Shown here: piece by piece, positions 13,864-28,669 of the stretch
How positions within the stretch are numbered: the stretch's first letter is position 1
Layout: every line of letters starts with the position of its first letter
Assembly (NCBI RefSeq): GCF_004010195.1
Contig: NC_057718.1
Location: 76,057,843-76,121,842 of the forward strand
Reading direction: 5' to 3'
Origin: Chiloscyllium plagiosum
Taxonomy: Eukaryota
Length of the DNA stretch: 64,000 bases
Notes under the pieces: generated by a model
Seen by the model: only the letters and a program-made list of their open reading frames with translations
Database searches by the model: none
What the model was told of the DNA's origin: nothing
Made by a program: the position numbers and the translations under genes

Positions 13864-15622
13864 GGGTGCTGGGAAAAGCACAGCTGGTCAGGCAGCTTCC
13901 AAGGAACAGGAGAGTCGACATTTTGAGCATGAGGTCTTCATCAGGAATGTGGGGGGCCCAAGGGGGCTGAGTGAGTTGGGGAGGTGACTAGGAATAAAAT
14001 AGGTGGAGGAAGGTAGGGGCTGAAGGTGATAGGACAGAGTGGAGGATGGAGCAGATAGGTGAGAAGGAAGATGGACAGGGAGAACAGTTCAAGACTGCAA
14101 TTCCAAGTTGCAGGGTTGGATCTGGGATAAGGTGGGGGTGGGGGAGAAAAGATGAGAAAACTAGTGAAATCAGCGTTAATGCCGTGTGGTTGGAGGGTCA
14201 CAAGGCAAAGATGAGGTGTTGTTCCTCCAGGTGGCTAGGATTTGGCGGTGGTGGCAGCCCAGGACTTGCATGTCCTTGGCAGAGTGGGAGGGGGAGTTGA
14301 AGTGATTGGCCCAAGGGCAGTGGGTTTGTTTAATGTGCGTTCCCCAGAGATATTCTCTGGGATGTTGATTAACTGTCAATTTCACAATCCTGACCTCAAG
14401 TTCAGATGGACCATCTCGGACACCTCCCTCCCCTTCCTGGACCTCTCATCTCCATTTCCGGCAACCAACTTAACACAGACATCTACTTCAAACTCAGACT
14501 CCCACAGCTACCTGGACTACACCTCCTCCCACTTTGCCTCCTGTAAAAACGCTATCCCTTACTCCCAATTTCTCCGCCTCCACCACATCTGCTCCCAGGA
14601 GGACCATTCCACTTCGAAACATCCCAGATGACCTCCTACTTCAAGGATCATAATTTCCTCTCCCACATGGTCAACAATGCCCTGCAGCGCATCTCCTCCA
14701 CTTTCCACACCCCCACCCCTCCAACTGCACCAATGACAGAACCCCCCAGTCCTCATCTTCCACCCCACCAATCTCCATATACATTATATCATCCTCCACC
14801 TACAGTCAGACCCCACCACCAGAGGTATATTTCCCTCCCCACCCTCATCAGCATTCCAGAGACCATTCCTTCCGTGACTCCTTCATTAGGTCCATGCCCC
14901 ACCCTACCCCTCCAACCCAGACTCCAATCCAAGCATCTTGCCTTGTCACAGCAAGAGGTATAAAACCTGCACCCACACCACACTCCTTACCTCCATCCAA
15001 GACCCCAAAAGGATCCTACCACATCCAGCAGAGAATTTTCTGCACATCCAAACACCTCATCTGTGTCCTTGATGTGGTCTCCTCTACATTGGGGAAACAG
15101 GACGCCAACTTGCAGAACATTTCAAAGAACATCTCTAGGACACCCACACTAATTAACCCCACCACCCAATGGCTTAACACTAACTCCCCCTCCCAATCCA
15201 CCAAGGACATACAAGTCCTGGGCTAGCTTGACTGCCAAATGATGGCAACGCCTGGAGGAACACCACCTTATCTTCCACCTTAGAACCCTCCAACCACATG
15301 GAATTCATGAAACTAGTGAAATCATCATCTCCCCTTCCCCCCCACCTTATCCCAGATTCAACCCTCCAACTCTGCAATGCCCTCTTGAACTGAACTATCT
15401 GTCGCCTTGTGACCCTCCAACTACATGGCATCAATGCTGATTTCACTAGTTTTCTCATCTCCCCCCACCTTATCCCAGATCCAACCCTGCAACTTGGAAT
15501 GGCACTCTTGAACTGTTCTCCCTGTCCATCTTCCTTCTCACCTATCCGCTCCTAGCTGGCTGTGCTTATCCAGCGCCACACTTTCTGACTCTGATCTCCA
15601 GCATCTGCAGTCCACACTTTCT
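13864..15622 (+). mobile_element. Penelope-like retroelement, 5'-truncated, with upstream inverted terminal repeat
   Basis: RT C-terminal motifs (LKFRWTISDTSLPFLDL; YLDYTSSH..CKNAIPYSQFLRL..ICS), then a decayed GIY-YIG; about 13865-14350 is an inverted copy of the 3' end; 12-bp TSD tcaagtttatag at 13852-13863 and 15623-15634. Confidence 0.88.
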
Positions 15623-15870
15623 TCAAGTTTATAGTGGGCAGAACGAGAGAGACTAGCAAAGTGTGTGCCAGTCTAGTTGAGTCTAGAGGCAACAAGACCT
15701 GGCAAGAGTTTTAAACAGCAGATAACCTGATAATGGGGGTGAAAAAGGTGTTTCATTATGGGAGTGGAAATAGATGGAAAAATTTAGATTGGAAGTTCAT
15801 CTCAGTCAAATGCATCACCAAGGTTTTGAACAAACTGGCTTAAATCATTAAATGTTCGGAGAGGCAGAGT

Positions 15871-16172
15871 CAGTAACACGGTGGCACAATGTTTAACACT
15901 GCTGCCTCACAGCACCAGAGACCCGGGTTCAATTCCCATCTCAGGCGACTGACTGTGTGGATTTGCACATTCTCCCCGTGTCTGCGTGGGTTTCCTCCGG
16001 GTGCTCCGGTTTCCTCCCACAGTCCAAAAATGTGCAGGTTAGGTGAATTGGCCATGCTAAATTGTCCGTAGTGTTTGGTGAAGGGGTAAAAGTAGGGGAA
16101 TGGGTTCGGCGGGGACTTGTTAGATCGAAGGGCCTGTTTCCACACTAAGTAATCTAGTCTAATCTAATCTAA
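15871..16172 (+). mobile_element. HE1-type V-SINE
   Basis: tRNA-like head, V-domain, (ctaat)n tail. Confidence 0.9.
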
Positions 16173-16859
16173 AAACTGTGGACTGAAGTTTAAAGTGGGG
16201 GCACAAAACAATAGTTTCATTCCTTCCAGTACTTACATTGGAGGAATTTTCAGGTCATCCTCCCCCAGTTGTTGTATAAGCAGTGTGCTAACTCAGCAAT
16301 GGTGAAGGAGCCAGCAGAAGTGATGGTGAGGTAGAGCTGGGAATCAGTTAGAAAACTAACACTGTTTTGGATGAAGTTTTCAAGGCGTTCAATGCAGTTC
16401 TTGGGGCTACAGGATTCAAAAGGTATGGGGAGAAAGCAGAACAGAGTACGGAGTTTGATTATCAGCCACGATCGCATGAAATGGCAGAGCAGGCTCAAAG
16501 GGCCAAGCTGCCTCCTCCTATCTTCTACATTTTCTACATCTCCGAAAAGCAGCATGAAAATGAGAAATAGGAGGAAATAAATTTCAATCCATTTTAGAGA
16601 GTGTTACATTGCTCCAGTTCCTCAAAAAGAACCTTACTGTCAACCACCCTTAGTACATTCTATCAACTTTACATTAGATTTAGAGCTGGCTGTAAAAGAT
16701 CCATCAAGCGACACTGACTCAGGTCTTACGTAATACAAAGTTAAAAGGGCCTTAGAAAGCAGAAGGTCTCCAAATCAACAGTCACACTAGCCTTACACCA
16801 AACAGCATTTGATGGCAGTTCATGAAACTGACATTGCTTCACCAATAGGTGAATTGCAA

Positions 16860-18350
16860 AATAAGGCCAGGGCAAATGCCATCTCTTTGGCCCTAACAAT
16901 CACCCCAGGCTCCTACTTATAGACTATAGTTTCACCTTCAACATCATAATTCTAAACAAACTCATCTCCAAACTCCAAAGATCTCAGGTCCCTGGCTCTG
17001 TAACTGGATCCTTGATTTCCTGACCCATAGACCACAATCAGTAAGAATGTGACAACACATCTTCCACGGTAATGGTCAGCACTGGCGTCCTGCATGGCTG
17101 CACACACAGCCCCTTACTGTACTCCTTGTACACTTACAACTGTATGGCCAAATTCCGCTCAAACTCCATTTACAAATTTGCTGACAACACCACCATTGCA
17201 GATCGGATCTCAAACAATAACAAGACAGTGTACAGGCAAGGGACTGAGTGCTTAGCAGCATGGTGTAAAGACAACAAGCTCTCTAACAACATCAGCAAAA
17301 TGAAGGAGTTGGCTATCGACTTCAGGAAGTAGAGTGGAGGGCATGCCCCGTCTGCACCAAGGGTGCTGAGGTGGAGATGTTCGACAGCATCAAGTTGCTG
17401 GGAGTGATGATCACCAACAAGCTGTCTTAGTTCATCCACGTCAAAGCGATGGTTCAAGAAAACTCAACAATACCTCTACATCCTGAGGATAAAGAAATTC
17501 AGCTTGTCCACAAATATCCTTAACAATTTTCATAGATGCCCTAGAAAAAGCATCCTGTCTGGATGCATTAATGTGAAATGGCAATAGCTGTGCCCAAGCC
17601 GTGCAACAAACTACCGAGATTTGGGGCGGCACTGTGGCTCAGTTGCATCATAGCACCAGGGACTTAGGTTCAATTCCACTCTCCAATGACTGTCTGTGTG
17701 GAACTTGCACATTTGTTGTGTCTGCGTGGGTTTCTCTGGGTGCTCCAGTTTCCTCCCATAGTCCAAAGACTTGCAGGTTAGGTGCATTGGCCATTCCATA
17801 ATGCCCTCAGTGTCCAGGGATATGCAGGCTAGGTGGATCGGCAATGGGAAATGCAGGGTTACAGGATGAGTCCGGGGGTGGGTCTGGGCGGAATGCTCTG
17901 AGGGTTGATGTGGACTTGATGGGCCGAATGGCATGTTTCCACACTGTAGGGATTCTGTACTACGATTCTGATTGGTGAACACAGCCCAGTTCCATTACAC
18001 AAACTATCCTTCTATTCAGTTACTCCATCTATTCTTCCCACTGCCTCAGGAAAGCAGCCAACCTAAAGAAGACCCCTCCCATCCCAGTTATACTCTCTTC
18101 ATCATCTTCTGTCGCACAGAAGATATAAACGTTTGAATCCACATACGAACAGATTAAAGAACAGCTTCTTTCCTGCTCTTTTCAGATTTTTGAACAGACC
18201 TCTCAAAAAAAGTTAATGCTGATTTTTTGTCCCTGCCCCTTCGCTGCAGCTGTAACACTGTATTCTACATTCTCTATATACGATCTGCTTTCATAGCACA
18301 TAAAACACTTTTCACTGTATCACAATACACGTGACACTAAATCAAATCAA
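16860..18350 (+). mobile_element. Rex1/Babar LINE RT and 3' end, interrupted by a SINE
   Basis: ORF 17072-17332 STGVLHGC..SPLLYSLYT..IYKFADNTT..WCKDNKL...KMKEL.IDFRK (RT, FADD-type); tail aatcaaatcaaa at about 18340. Confidence 0.85.
17622..17968 (+). mobile_element. HE1-type V-SINE
   Basis: ggggcggcac head, V-domain, gggccgaatggc..gtttccacactgtagggattct tail. Confidence 0.85.
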
Positions 18351-18445
18351 AAAGTAAAGCCATCTGTTTGAGCTTGATACAATTTTTACTTGCAAAAAGG
18401 AAAGAGATTTGAATGTCAGCATCTGTCTGCAGCTACTCTATCTTC

Positions 18446-18446
18446 A

Positions 18447-18479
<33 letters not shown>
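18446..18479. repeat. (CA)n microsatellite
   Basis: Directly visible CA run. Confidence 0.95.
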
Positions 18480-18480
<1 letters not shown>

Positions 18481-19080
18481 TGCAGAACAAGCCATCAAGC
18501 ACCACAAATTAACATAACATTTTCTTGAACTATATTTGTACCAGAATAATTAAAATTCCATTCATCCCTCTTCAAAACTCTGCCTGAAACTCAGATGTAA
18601 CGAGTATAGTAGTTAGTTATTAGTAATGATCATGTGGAATTATTGAGGCTGATCACCATAACCAAAGTCCACTGCACAACCTCAAACATATCTGTCCACT
18701 AGCATGACAGATAAAATGCCTATAATTGGATGTCTGTAAACGTAGCCTAAAACAAGGTATTTTTAAAAAAAACTTTAAAAGCCATTAAATGCTTTAACTC
18801 CATTGCCTCTGCAATTCTGTCAGAGTAGTATACAAGAAAAGTGCACGTGCCTGTTCAGTCATGCAGCACAGGAGACCATTTATCCCTTTGTGACAGTCTT
18901 AGCGCTTAAGAAAAGGACAATTCAATTAATTCTACATAGTCCTTAAAATCTTTGCTTTTCAGGTTCCTATGCTTTCAAAAACTTACCACTGAATCTACTC
19001 AGACCATAAGATATAGGACCAGAAATTAGGCCATTCAGCCCATCAAGTCTGCTCCGCCATTTAATCATGGCTGATAAGTA

Positions 19081-19418
19081 TAGAATCACTACACAGTGTG
19101 GAAACAGGCCCTTTGGCCCTGCAAGTCCACACCAACCCTCCGAAGAGTAACCCACCCAGACCCATTCCCCTACCCTATTACTCTACATTTACCCCTGACT
19201 AATGCACCTAACCTACACATCCCTGAACACTACAGGCAATTTAGCATAGTCAATTCACCTAACTTGCATATCTTTGGGTTGTGGGAGGAAACCAGAGCAC
19301 CTGGAGGGAATCCACACAGACACGGGGAGAATGTCTGTGTAGAGTTTGCACAGTCACCCAAGGCTGGAATCGAACCCGGGTCCCTGGAGCTGTGAGGGAG
19401 CAGTGCTAACCGCCGCCC
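19081..19418 (-). mobile_element. HE1-type V-SINE
   Basis: Reverse complement of the SINE consensus seen elsewhere in the window. Confidence 0.88.
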
Positions 19419-22400
19419 CATTTTCATCATCTTCCCTCCTAATTTTTTCCCATGTAAAAATATTTTTCAAGTTGTTTAACCATTTAGAACATATATAATT
19501 TAGACTCATCTGGCAGTCTTGGACATTTACTGAAAACAAAACTGGCTGATCAGTAAATGGGTCAGTAATTCATGACGTGAATGGCTGAGTCATATACCCT
19601 AGGATGATGATAGCTCCAAGCACAGCATTCCCAGTTAGTTTTATTGGCACATGGTCCCAAGGAGTTGATACATCATCATTCATGATTACTTCAATCACAA
19701 AGCCACTAAAATCTCATTTGGAGATTCCTAGCCAGAGTTGTGGGGGCAGAGTCTGTGTATATTTAAGGTGGAGATTGATTCTTGATCAATAGGAAAACCA
19801 AGAAAAGGGCAGAAAGTGGACATGAGAAATGTCGGATCAGCCATGATCCTATTGAATGGCAGAACAGGCTTAAAGGGCTAAATGGCCTATTCCTGTTCCT
19901 ATTTCTTATGGCTTTATGTATTGACACATTCTCCAAATAGAGATAAAATCGTGTCACTGTTCATCGTTGAATAGCTGGATAATGTTCACGCATATATACA
20001 GCTAACAGTCAGGTGAGGTACCAGAAGGTGCCTAATACCCATAAGAACAGAAATGAGAGTTGGCTGCATAAGATTTGATGGGAAAATAAATCAAAGCTTA
20101 CTACACTAAAGCATGGGTACGCATGGCCATTCACAGCTCATAGGCCCCACAGCTACTGCCCAGCATTTTCCTACAGTAACCCAAGCTGAGCTTTTGACCA
20201 CTGAAGCAAGTTGGCAAAGTAACAACAACTGGAGACTGGAGAAACGCAAATGCAGACCCATTAAAGGAATCCTAGACCACTTGCAGCATTCAGCTGCCCT
20301 TTTCAACAGATGGCAGAATGATGCAATGGCAGAGGCATGGCTAGATATCAGACCTGGCCTTGATTTCTTGACACAATGGCTATGAATACTGAAAACACTG
20401 CAATACCACATTTCAAATAGTAGTCCAGACCATTAAGTGACCTACACAGCTGTATTTTCTAGGGTTAAACTTCTAAAGGAAAATACAGGCAATAGGTTCA
20501 AAATTATCCTACAGAAGTTGCAAATCTTAAAGCTTGAACTATCAGGACACATTGGATAATATGACAGGCAGGAAATTACAATTCTAAATTCATGAACTAC
20601 AATGGCTAAGCTCAAATGAATCAGCCTTAAAATATCTGCATCCAGTTAGCCGATCTTGGTGAGAGTGATAGGGAAATCAACAGCAATTCTCATCCATATT
20701 TCTAAATGGAATGCTCCAGCAAAAAGAGGCTACTTTGACTTTGGCTGAGGATTGGTTTGGACTTAACAGATGTCACCCAACCCAATTTTTCAAACCTTCC
20801 AAAACTCAAACATAGGACAAGATGGCCAACATGCATAAAATCAGAGTTGCCTGTCTCAGCTTCAGGGCAACACTAATGCTGCTGGCTGGACATATATCTG
20901 GATATCACTACATGAACTCTGGACATCAGTCAGAGGGTGTATATGTACTCATGGAAAACTACCTCCTGAGCAAATAGGAAATTGAACAGGGTTTTCACTG
21001 TCCAACTGGATCGTCAACCATTTTGACTACCTATAGGTAGCCCCACAGGTCCAATCATTTGAATAGCTAGTAAATAGAAACGTTAAAATATTTTGTTTTC
21101 AATATTGTCCCTTTAATTTTTAGTGTCATGCTGTATTGGAAAATAGTCTTTAACTTCTGAAAACTGAAGGACAAGCCTTGAGGCCAGAGTCATTATTTTA
21201 ATGCCAAGTTATAGACGGAAAGAAACCTTGTAAAAAAGTCTTACACAAGATTACTCACCAGGCAAAGTTCTACATAATTTGCATGAAGTGGTGAATAGGG
21301 CAGTACATATAAAACAAAAGATTTAAAACTCTGACAATGGAGCACTTCCTCAAATGAAGGTTAATATGGTTTAAGACTGAGATGGGATTTTACAATATAT
21401 GTTTTTTAAAATCCACATTTGATGTATATATAAAGATCTGACAAGTATTTTCACAAACTACAGGATACATTTGCAGCAATAAGGATTTTGGAGAATTCTG
21501 CATACTTGATACAGTACTGCCCAGCATGATTCAAGAGCTGAATTAGTTTTCCTGAAACAGAACCACTGGTCTTTGAAACAATGTACATTTACAGACCAGA
21601 TTTTAAAAACATCCTAAGGAGCTTCAAGAGTGTTATCAGAAAACATTTAAGGCCGTAGCATAAAAAAAAGTGGTATTAGGTCATATAACTGAAGGCTTGA
21701 TCAAACAGATGGGTTTGATCAAAAAGCAGCAACTTGGAACTTAGGACCCATGTCGCTGGAGGCACAGTTCATGTTAGCAGAGAATCAACATTTGGATTTT
21801 TCAAATTTTAAAACAAACGTTTTGCCAGTCATTGAACATTTATTAAATCTTCTCTACACACTTTAATAGAGTCTTAAGGGGGTTAAATCATGCTGTAGAA
21901 AGCAAATTCTTATGTGCAGAGAATCATTTCATTACAATCAAAACAAATGATTCTCTTCACAAAGGTGAGCAAAACCAAATCGTGGAGATTAAATATTCAC
22001 AAGTTGATAATTAATAAATTCATCTGTGAAAGAGTTTATATAATCTGCTCCAGGGAAATTTAAGGATGGGTAATAAATACCAATGACACTCCTATTTCAA
22101 GAGCAAATAAAAGCAGAAGTTAATGAGCCCACAACAAATCAAATATTCCAAAGATAATTACAGGTTTTAATGTTCAATGGCAAGCTAACATACAACAGGT
22201 TTAAAAGGTTAGCAGTTTTACCAAATAGAAGCAAGATCATTCACATACTATTGGACTGTGCGGATTTGATTCAAAATACTTTCTGCTTCACACAGATGAA
22301 GCGGTTTTCTGCGACAGTGGTCAATTTCTCATTTACAGGTTTTATAAATGACTATTACCCACTTCAAAAAAGACAGGAAGCCAAAAGCAGTTGCAACTTC

Positions 22401-22534
22401 TTTGAAGAATTATCTATTGAAACATTTCATTAACAGCTACAAAAGGTACTGAATCTCTGGTTTACTATTGGTTTCTGTTAATTACAGCATCCAGATTCCA
22501 AACATAGGGAAAAGTTTTGGATTTTGGACAATTC

Positions 22535-22960
22535 ATGCCAGGCAGTATCAGGTGGAGAAGTCGATGCTTTGGGTGTAACCCTTCTTCAGGCCTGGGGACA
22601 GGTGTGGGGGGAGCTGCAGGTAAAGGCGGTGGCAGGGGCAGGGTGGTCAATTGGGGGAAAAAGGTGAAGACAAGTCGAGAGTGTGGTACTGGAAAAGCAC
22701 AGTGTGTCAGGCAACATACGAGGAGCAGGAATAGTGAAGACTGGTGGAGGGTATGACCTGGCTGGTCAATGGGAGGAAATTCAGGAATTAAAATGGGTGG
22801 TGACTGGGAAGTCCCGTCAGCCCCCGGGGCCTGGCTGCGATGCTCGGTGAACCATTCCCTAAATTTAGGCTTGCTCTCTCTGATGTAGAGAACACATCAG
22901 GAGCACCTGATGCAGTAAACTAGGTTGGAAGAGAGGCAGGTGAACCTCTATCTCACCTGG
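22535..22960 (-). mobile_element. Penelope-like fragments (3' terminus and GIY-YIG piece)
   Basis: Decayed hammerhead-like terminus (rc ctgaagaagggttacaccc) and rc similarity to the 15.0-15.2 kb GIY-YIG region. Confidence 0.55.
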
Positions 22961-25900
22961 ATTATCCACTGAGGCAGGCTCCCTTACCATAAAAGGGAGA
23001 ACAAATCCATTTCCAACCCACTTCAACTTATATTTGGTTGGTAGCCCTTCAATTAGCACAAGGCAGGACATCCATCCAAGAGGAGGTTGCTATTCATTGA
23101 GCAGCCAGCAAAATGGAGACCAGCAATTCTCCATCACACCAGCATCAGCAGTTGATGCAGCGATTATCGAGGGCTCAGGAGAAAGAGGAAAATGGATGCA
23201 CCCAAACCCAGCTAAATCTATGTTGGCAGGCCCGAGAGAGTCATGCTGGGCAGAGCAAGAAAGGAGAGGGATTGGATGTGGCAAAGCACAAAAGGTGTGG
23301 GATGGAAGGCCATTGTTTTGGGTAGATATTCTGAGAAGGAAGAGCCAATACCTTCCCTTCTTTCACAAACCAGCAGCCTACTGGATTAACCCAAGCACAG
23401 GCCTCTCCTGCCGAACATTAATTCATGGCGGCCATGAGATGTGGCCCAGAATCAGTATTAATTGTCAATGTAGGGCCTCAACTGGACTATGGACTGGAAG
23501 CTCTCAAAGCTGTCCCTTCTCCCCCCTCCCCCCACTAACTATAAGTTGATATAAGGTGAGTAGGCTAGCTATGGAAACAACACCGGTTGCACAACTTAAT
23601 TTACAAGTTCCCTGTCTCCATCCCAAAAAACACATGGTCTGTTAAAGTTAGCTTCATTATATACATTACTGCAATCAAAAATGCTCATGTACATACGTGC
23701 ATGGAATAGAGGATTGCTTTAGAGAGTTTAGGGGGATTTTGCTTGCAGTTTTTTTAAGAAACCAACCTTTTTTAAAAATTCTCATTTCTTACATAGGTAT
23801 TCCTTTGACAAGTTTTCCAGTGAATACAGAAATCATAGAAAATGAAAAATCTCAGATCTAATTTTTTCAATTACAACAAATGGAACAGCTTTTAAAGCAT
23901 CCCATTTCAAAAGTGTTATCAGACAACATTTAAGACTGTACCGTAGAAATTGATTAGGTAATGTAACCAATGGCTAGATCAAAGAATGTCTCAAAGGAAA
24001 AGTTTGGAATTCAGGGCATATGTAGCTGGAGAGATAATTCATGCTGCCAGAGGAAATAAAGAATCCCTGGTTTCAATTCCCTGGGTTAAAGCGTCAAACC
24101 ACTCTTCAGCAGTATCAGTATCACTGTTACAAGTGGAACTAGTCTTGGTGCTGATTCACTCTCTAGCCCTAGCTCTGCTTCCCCAAGACTTGACCAACTC
24201 ATCAATACTCCCTGTTAAAGGTTCACACATGTAACAAATGAGGCAATACTCCAGGAAAATGTCAACTCTCCATGAACACTGCCCCACTAAGAACTCAAAA
24301 ACCTCAAAGTTTAGTGGGGCTTAAGGAAAAGGAGGAAGAGATGACAAGGGGTGATGCCAAGACCAAAAATGATCAAACTAGAAAGGAAGAGTTTGCAGAA
24401 GGAAGTCACATCTGATTCGACAAAAATCAGAAAAACAAGAAGTGCAAATGGCATAAATACTTTTTGCGTGATCAGACAGTTCCAAATCGGTTTGTAGCAA
24501 ACGAACATCCTTCTTAAATACAAGGGTTTCAATCCATTTTATTTAGGTCACAAGGTAAAGGACTTTGGTGTTTCATCACATATTGGAATAATCTCCATCC
24601 TCAGTTTACACTGATCATATATTGGAACAATCTTCATTCTCCGTTTCAGATGGAGATTGAGGGATCATTTTTGAGACACTCAAGTTCAAGATATAAGCAA
24701 TAATGGCCAAGTCGTTTGAAAAGTAACTGCCTCAAGTTACAGAATTAACTTCAACTGATCTTCGTGAAAAATGTTTTTTTCCTGTCAGTTTAAGATATTG
24801 AGAAGCTAGTTCAATAGTAATGTAGTAATAGTTAAGGCTAAACAAATGTGTTTTTAACAGAAAATATCTGAAATCTAAAATGATTACCAAATGCTGGAAT
24901 CCCCATTTTCTACATCAACAATGCATGCAAAGTTAAATATGTCATACATCAATTCTGTAATCAATGCAATACTCCTGCCTCAAAACCAGTGCCTCACTTA
25001 CGATCACACATTGGTTTTGCAAGCTTTAAGTTTTTAAGAAGCATGGCAGAAACAATTAAGCCACTTAATTCAAGTTCACTGAATTTAGTCAGTTATACAG
25101 GGAGCCTCAACTACAGACACGAGGCAAAGCAACCATTCATTTCACATTCAAGAAAAGTGGAAGGCCACACACTAAGGTACATGAATAGAATACATGGCTG
25201 AGGGAAAACAAATTCCTTACATAAAGACCACCTGCAGAGAGTGGCAAAGGTGGATGGGTAATACAACATGACATAACTGTTTCATAGGAACATGCTTTGA
25301 AATGAATTTTCCTTCATTAAACAACTAACTAATTGAAAATAGTATCAATTATTAGACCAGCAAACTGTGCATTCACATTCTAAATAAATATTATTACCTC
25401 GCTTTATTAGAGAGAATATAAATTAAGTAGATGCCTATCTGAAGAAAGAAATAAATGAAACAGCTCCATTCCTTTAATAACTTACAAGGGAGCAGTCATT
25501 TTTGTCCTAACAGCCTGGTTTCATTAGAGAGGTGGTACAATAGCAACAAGATGACATAAATCTGGAATAGATACTGTCATCAGAACCAACTTGGATAAGT
25601 GATATACAGCATTCATGAAAATTGTGACTCCTCATTTCCATCCACATGAGATTTTAAACAAATCCTAACGCCAAGGATGCACGAGGGTTTCAGCTTAAGT
25701 TAGGTAATCAGAATTGTGATTCAAATCCATAACTGACTCAAAGTAAAATTATTATACCAATGCTGACAACATTAGGCAAAACCAATAGACTACAGATGCT
25801 CAAAATTTGAAATAAATCAGAAAATGCTAGAAAAATTCTGCAAGTCTGGTAGCACAGTGGAAAGAAAAACAGATCAATTAATCTTCATCTCCTTTCAATG

Positions 25901-26109
25901 GTTGTCTGGGATTCCCTGCTAAATTAATGCTGCTAACAGCAGTAGCAACCTGAAATCTCAAACTTCATACCTGTCTAGTACAGTGGGTTTTAAGGACAGT
26001 TGAACAATTGATGGTCAACCACAGAGCTACATTCACAGTACAGTCTATAGCTACATTAGTTCTACTTGCCTGCACTAGGCCCATAGCCGTGAATGCTATG
26101 ACACTTCAA

Positions 26110-27055
26110 ATAGAGTCATAGGTGTACAGCACGGAAGCAGACCCTTTGGTCCAACTCATCCATGCCGACCAGATATCCCAACCTAATCTAGTCCATTTAC
26201 CAGCACCCGGCCCATATCTCCCTAAACCCTTCCTATTCATATACCCACCCAGATATCCTTTTAAATGTTGCAATTGTACCAGCCTCCACCACTTCCTCTG
26301 GCAGCTCATTCCATACACATACCAACCTTTGCGTTAAAAAGTTGCCCCTTAGGTCTCTTTTATATCTTTCCCCTCACCCGAAACCTATGCCCTCTAGTTC
26401 TGGACTCCCCCACCCCAGGGAAAAGACTTTGTCTATTTATCCTATCCATGCCTCTCAAATTTTGTAAACCTCTTTAAGGTCACCCCTCAGCCTCTGACTC
26501 TCCAGGGAAACAGTCCTAGCCTATTCAACCTTTCCCTGTAGCTCAAATCCTCCAACCCAGGCAACATCCTTGTAAATCTGTTCTAAACCCTTACAAGTTT
26601 CACAACATCCTTCCAATAGGAAGGAGACCAGAATTGCATGCAATATTCCAAAAGTGTCCTGCACAGCCACAGCATGACCTCCCAACTCCTGTACTCAATA
26701 CTCTGACCAATAAAGGAAAGCATACCAAATGCCGCCTTCACTATCCTATCTACCTGCGACTCCACTTTCAAGGAGCTATGAACCTGCACTCCAAGGTCTC
26801 TTTGTTCAGCAACATTCCTCAAGACCTTACCATTAAGTGTATAGGTCGTGCTAAGATTTGCTTTTACAAAATGCAGCACCTCGCATTCATCTAAATTGAA
26901 CTCCATCTGCCACTCCTCAGCCCATTGGCCAATTTGATCAAGATCCCGTTGTACTTTGTCCACTACACCTCCAATTTTGGTGTAATCTGCAAACATACTA
27001 ACCATACCTCTTATGATCACATCCAAATCATTTATATAAAATGACCAAAAGTAGT
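26110..27055 (-). mobile_element. CR1 (HER1-like) LINE 3' part
   Basis: ORF 26583-27026 SMFADYTKIGG..WQMEFNLDECEVLHF..DLGVQVHSSLK..LEYCMQFWSP; tail ending ctatgactcta. Confidence 0.92.
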
Positions 27056-27218
27056 GGATCTTTCCTTGTCAAATTTCTTTTTTTGAAAAAAAAGCGTTGA
27101 GGTTTCTCAGCTCAACTACCCTCCTAGCCAGTGCATTCCAGATGCACGACCCTTCTTACTGAAAAAGATTTTCCTGATATCCCCTCTAAACCTCCTGCCT
27201 TTCACTTGAAAATTATGA

Positions 27219-27414
27219 GCTTAAAAATGTGTTGCTGGAAAAGCGCAGCAGGTCAGGCAGCAAAGGAACAGGTGAATCGACATTTCGGGCATAAGCCCTT
27301 CTTCAGGAATCATACGATTCTCCTGTTCCTTTGATGCTGCCTGACCTGCTGCGCTTTTCCAGCAACACAATTTTAAGCTCTGATCTCCAGCATCTGCAGT
27401 CCTCACTTTCTCCT
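27219..27414 (+). mobile_element. Short palindromic Penelope-derived element
   Basis: Inverted arms; hammerhead-like motif on the minus strand (ctgaagaagggcttatgcccgaaatgtc); 15-bp TSD acttgaaaattatga at 27204-27218 and 27415-27429. Confidence 0.85.
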
Positions 27415-28669
27415 ACTTGAAAATTATGACCTGGTAACACTTTTATACAGCAGGACTGAATAAGACAGTAATGATCTTTTCCCTGAAAGCTGAATAAAGC
27501 TAAGACTTACTTCCTAGCTTTGGTCTTCTAAAATCCATATTCTTAACCTTGTTCTTTGAGTTTGAGCACAGATAACTCAAAAGTCAACTAGGATGGACAA
27601 GATTGAGCATAATGTTGCTCCATGGTTTGCAAAGTAACATTCACAATCAAGTCCCCCTTGAAAACGCAGAAGGTAGTTATTCAATCTGAAGAGGTAAAAA
27701 GAGAATATTTCCTAGATTCCCTGAGGAATTCCTACAGTGATGTCCTGCAGTTGAGATGCTGAGCTTCAATAACCACAACTGTTTTCTTTGTTAAGACACC
27801 AACTAGTGAAGAGACACACACACACGTTTTTCCTCGGGCTCCTTGATAACAAACTCGATTAATTTCTGTTTTAATGTCAAGCACAGTCACTCTTGCATCA
27901 CCTCAAAATTCAGCTCTTTTGTATGTGTGTGTGTGTTGTTTGGACTAAGAGACCCTGGGTGAAACCCAAACTCATATCAAACTGCAGTTTATTTATTTAA
28001 AAGTGCCACTTGACAGCACCAATCAACTACAACTTCCAGTACTTTGCTAATTATCAAGAGTGGACTGATAAAGGTGATAAATTGGCCAGGTTGGATTTGT
28101 CCTACTCTTAAGTACAGGGTATGCTTTGGTAATTTTCTAAGTTGACAGTGTTATTCCTGTACTAGGACAACTTGCCTAGACACCCCAATAATTTTTGGAG
28201 CATGGGTCTTCAATATCTGGTTGAAGACTGCCATCTGAGACACCAGGACTTCGACAATTTCAGTGAAAAACTACTTTCAATGTATCACATCAAACTGAAA
28301 TCAAATGCCCCAATAAAACGTTCCATAGTAGAAACTGGCAATTAGAACAGCTTTTATAGTCACAGTTTCATCTTTTCCAAAACATATGCTGTGTTCAGTT
28401 AATTATTATAATATGTTGTCACATTTGAGCTGAAAATAATCTATTGTGTCATTAAATGGGTCAGTAATGCTGTGCCTTGCCTTTTAGCAAAGGAGTCCCA
28501 GTTTCATGACAAATAGTAAATATTTGAGATATCATGCCACTCCCTTCTGTGTATGAAGCCTCTACCATGACTTGATATAACTGACTTACATTTGATGAAG
28601 CTTTTGGGAAGCAAAACACCAGACCATAATAATTTGCAACCTACCAATGTCTAAAACATGGTGCTTTTC

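Noticed and set aside
23034..23549. 171-aa plus-strand ORF
   Set aside because: No recognisable domain or splice context; probably overlaps degenerate repeat sequence
24575..24650. Two-copy ~38-bp tandem duplication
   Set aside because: Diverged local duplication with no further structure
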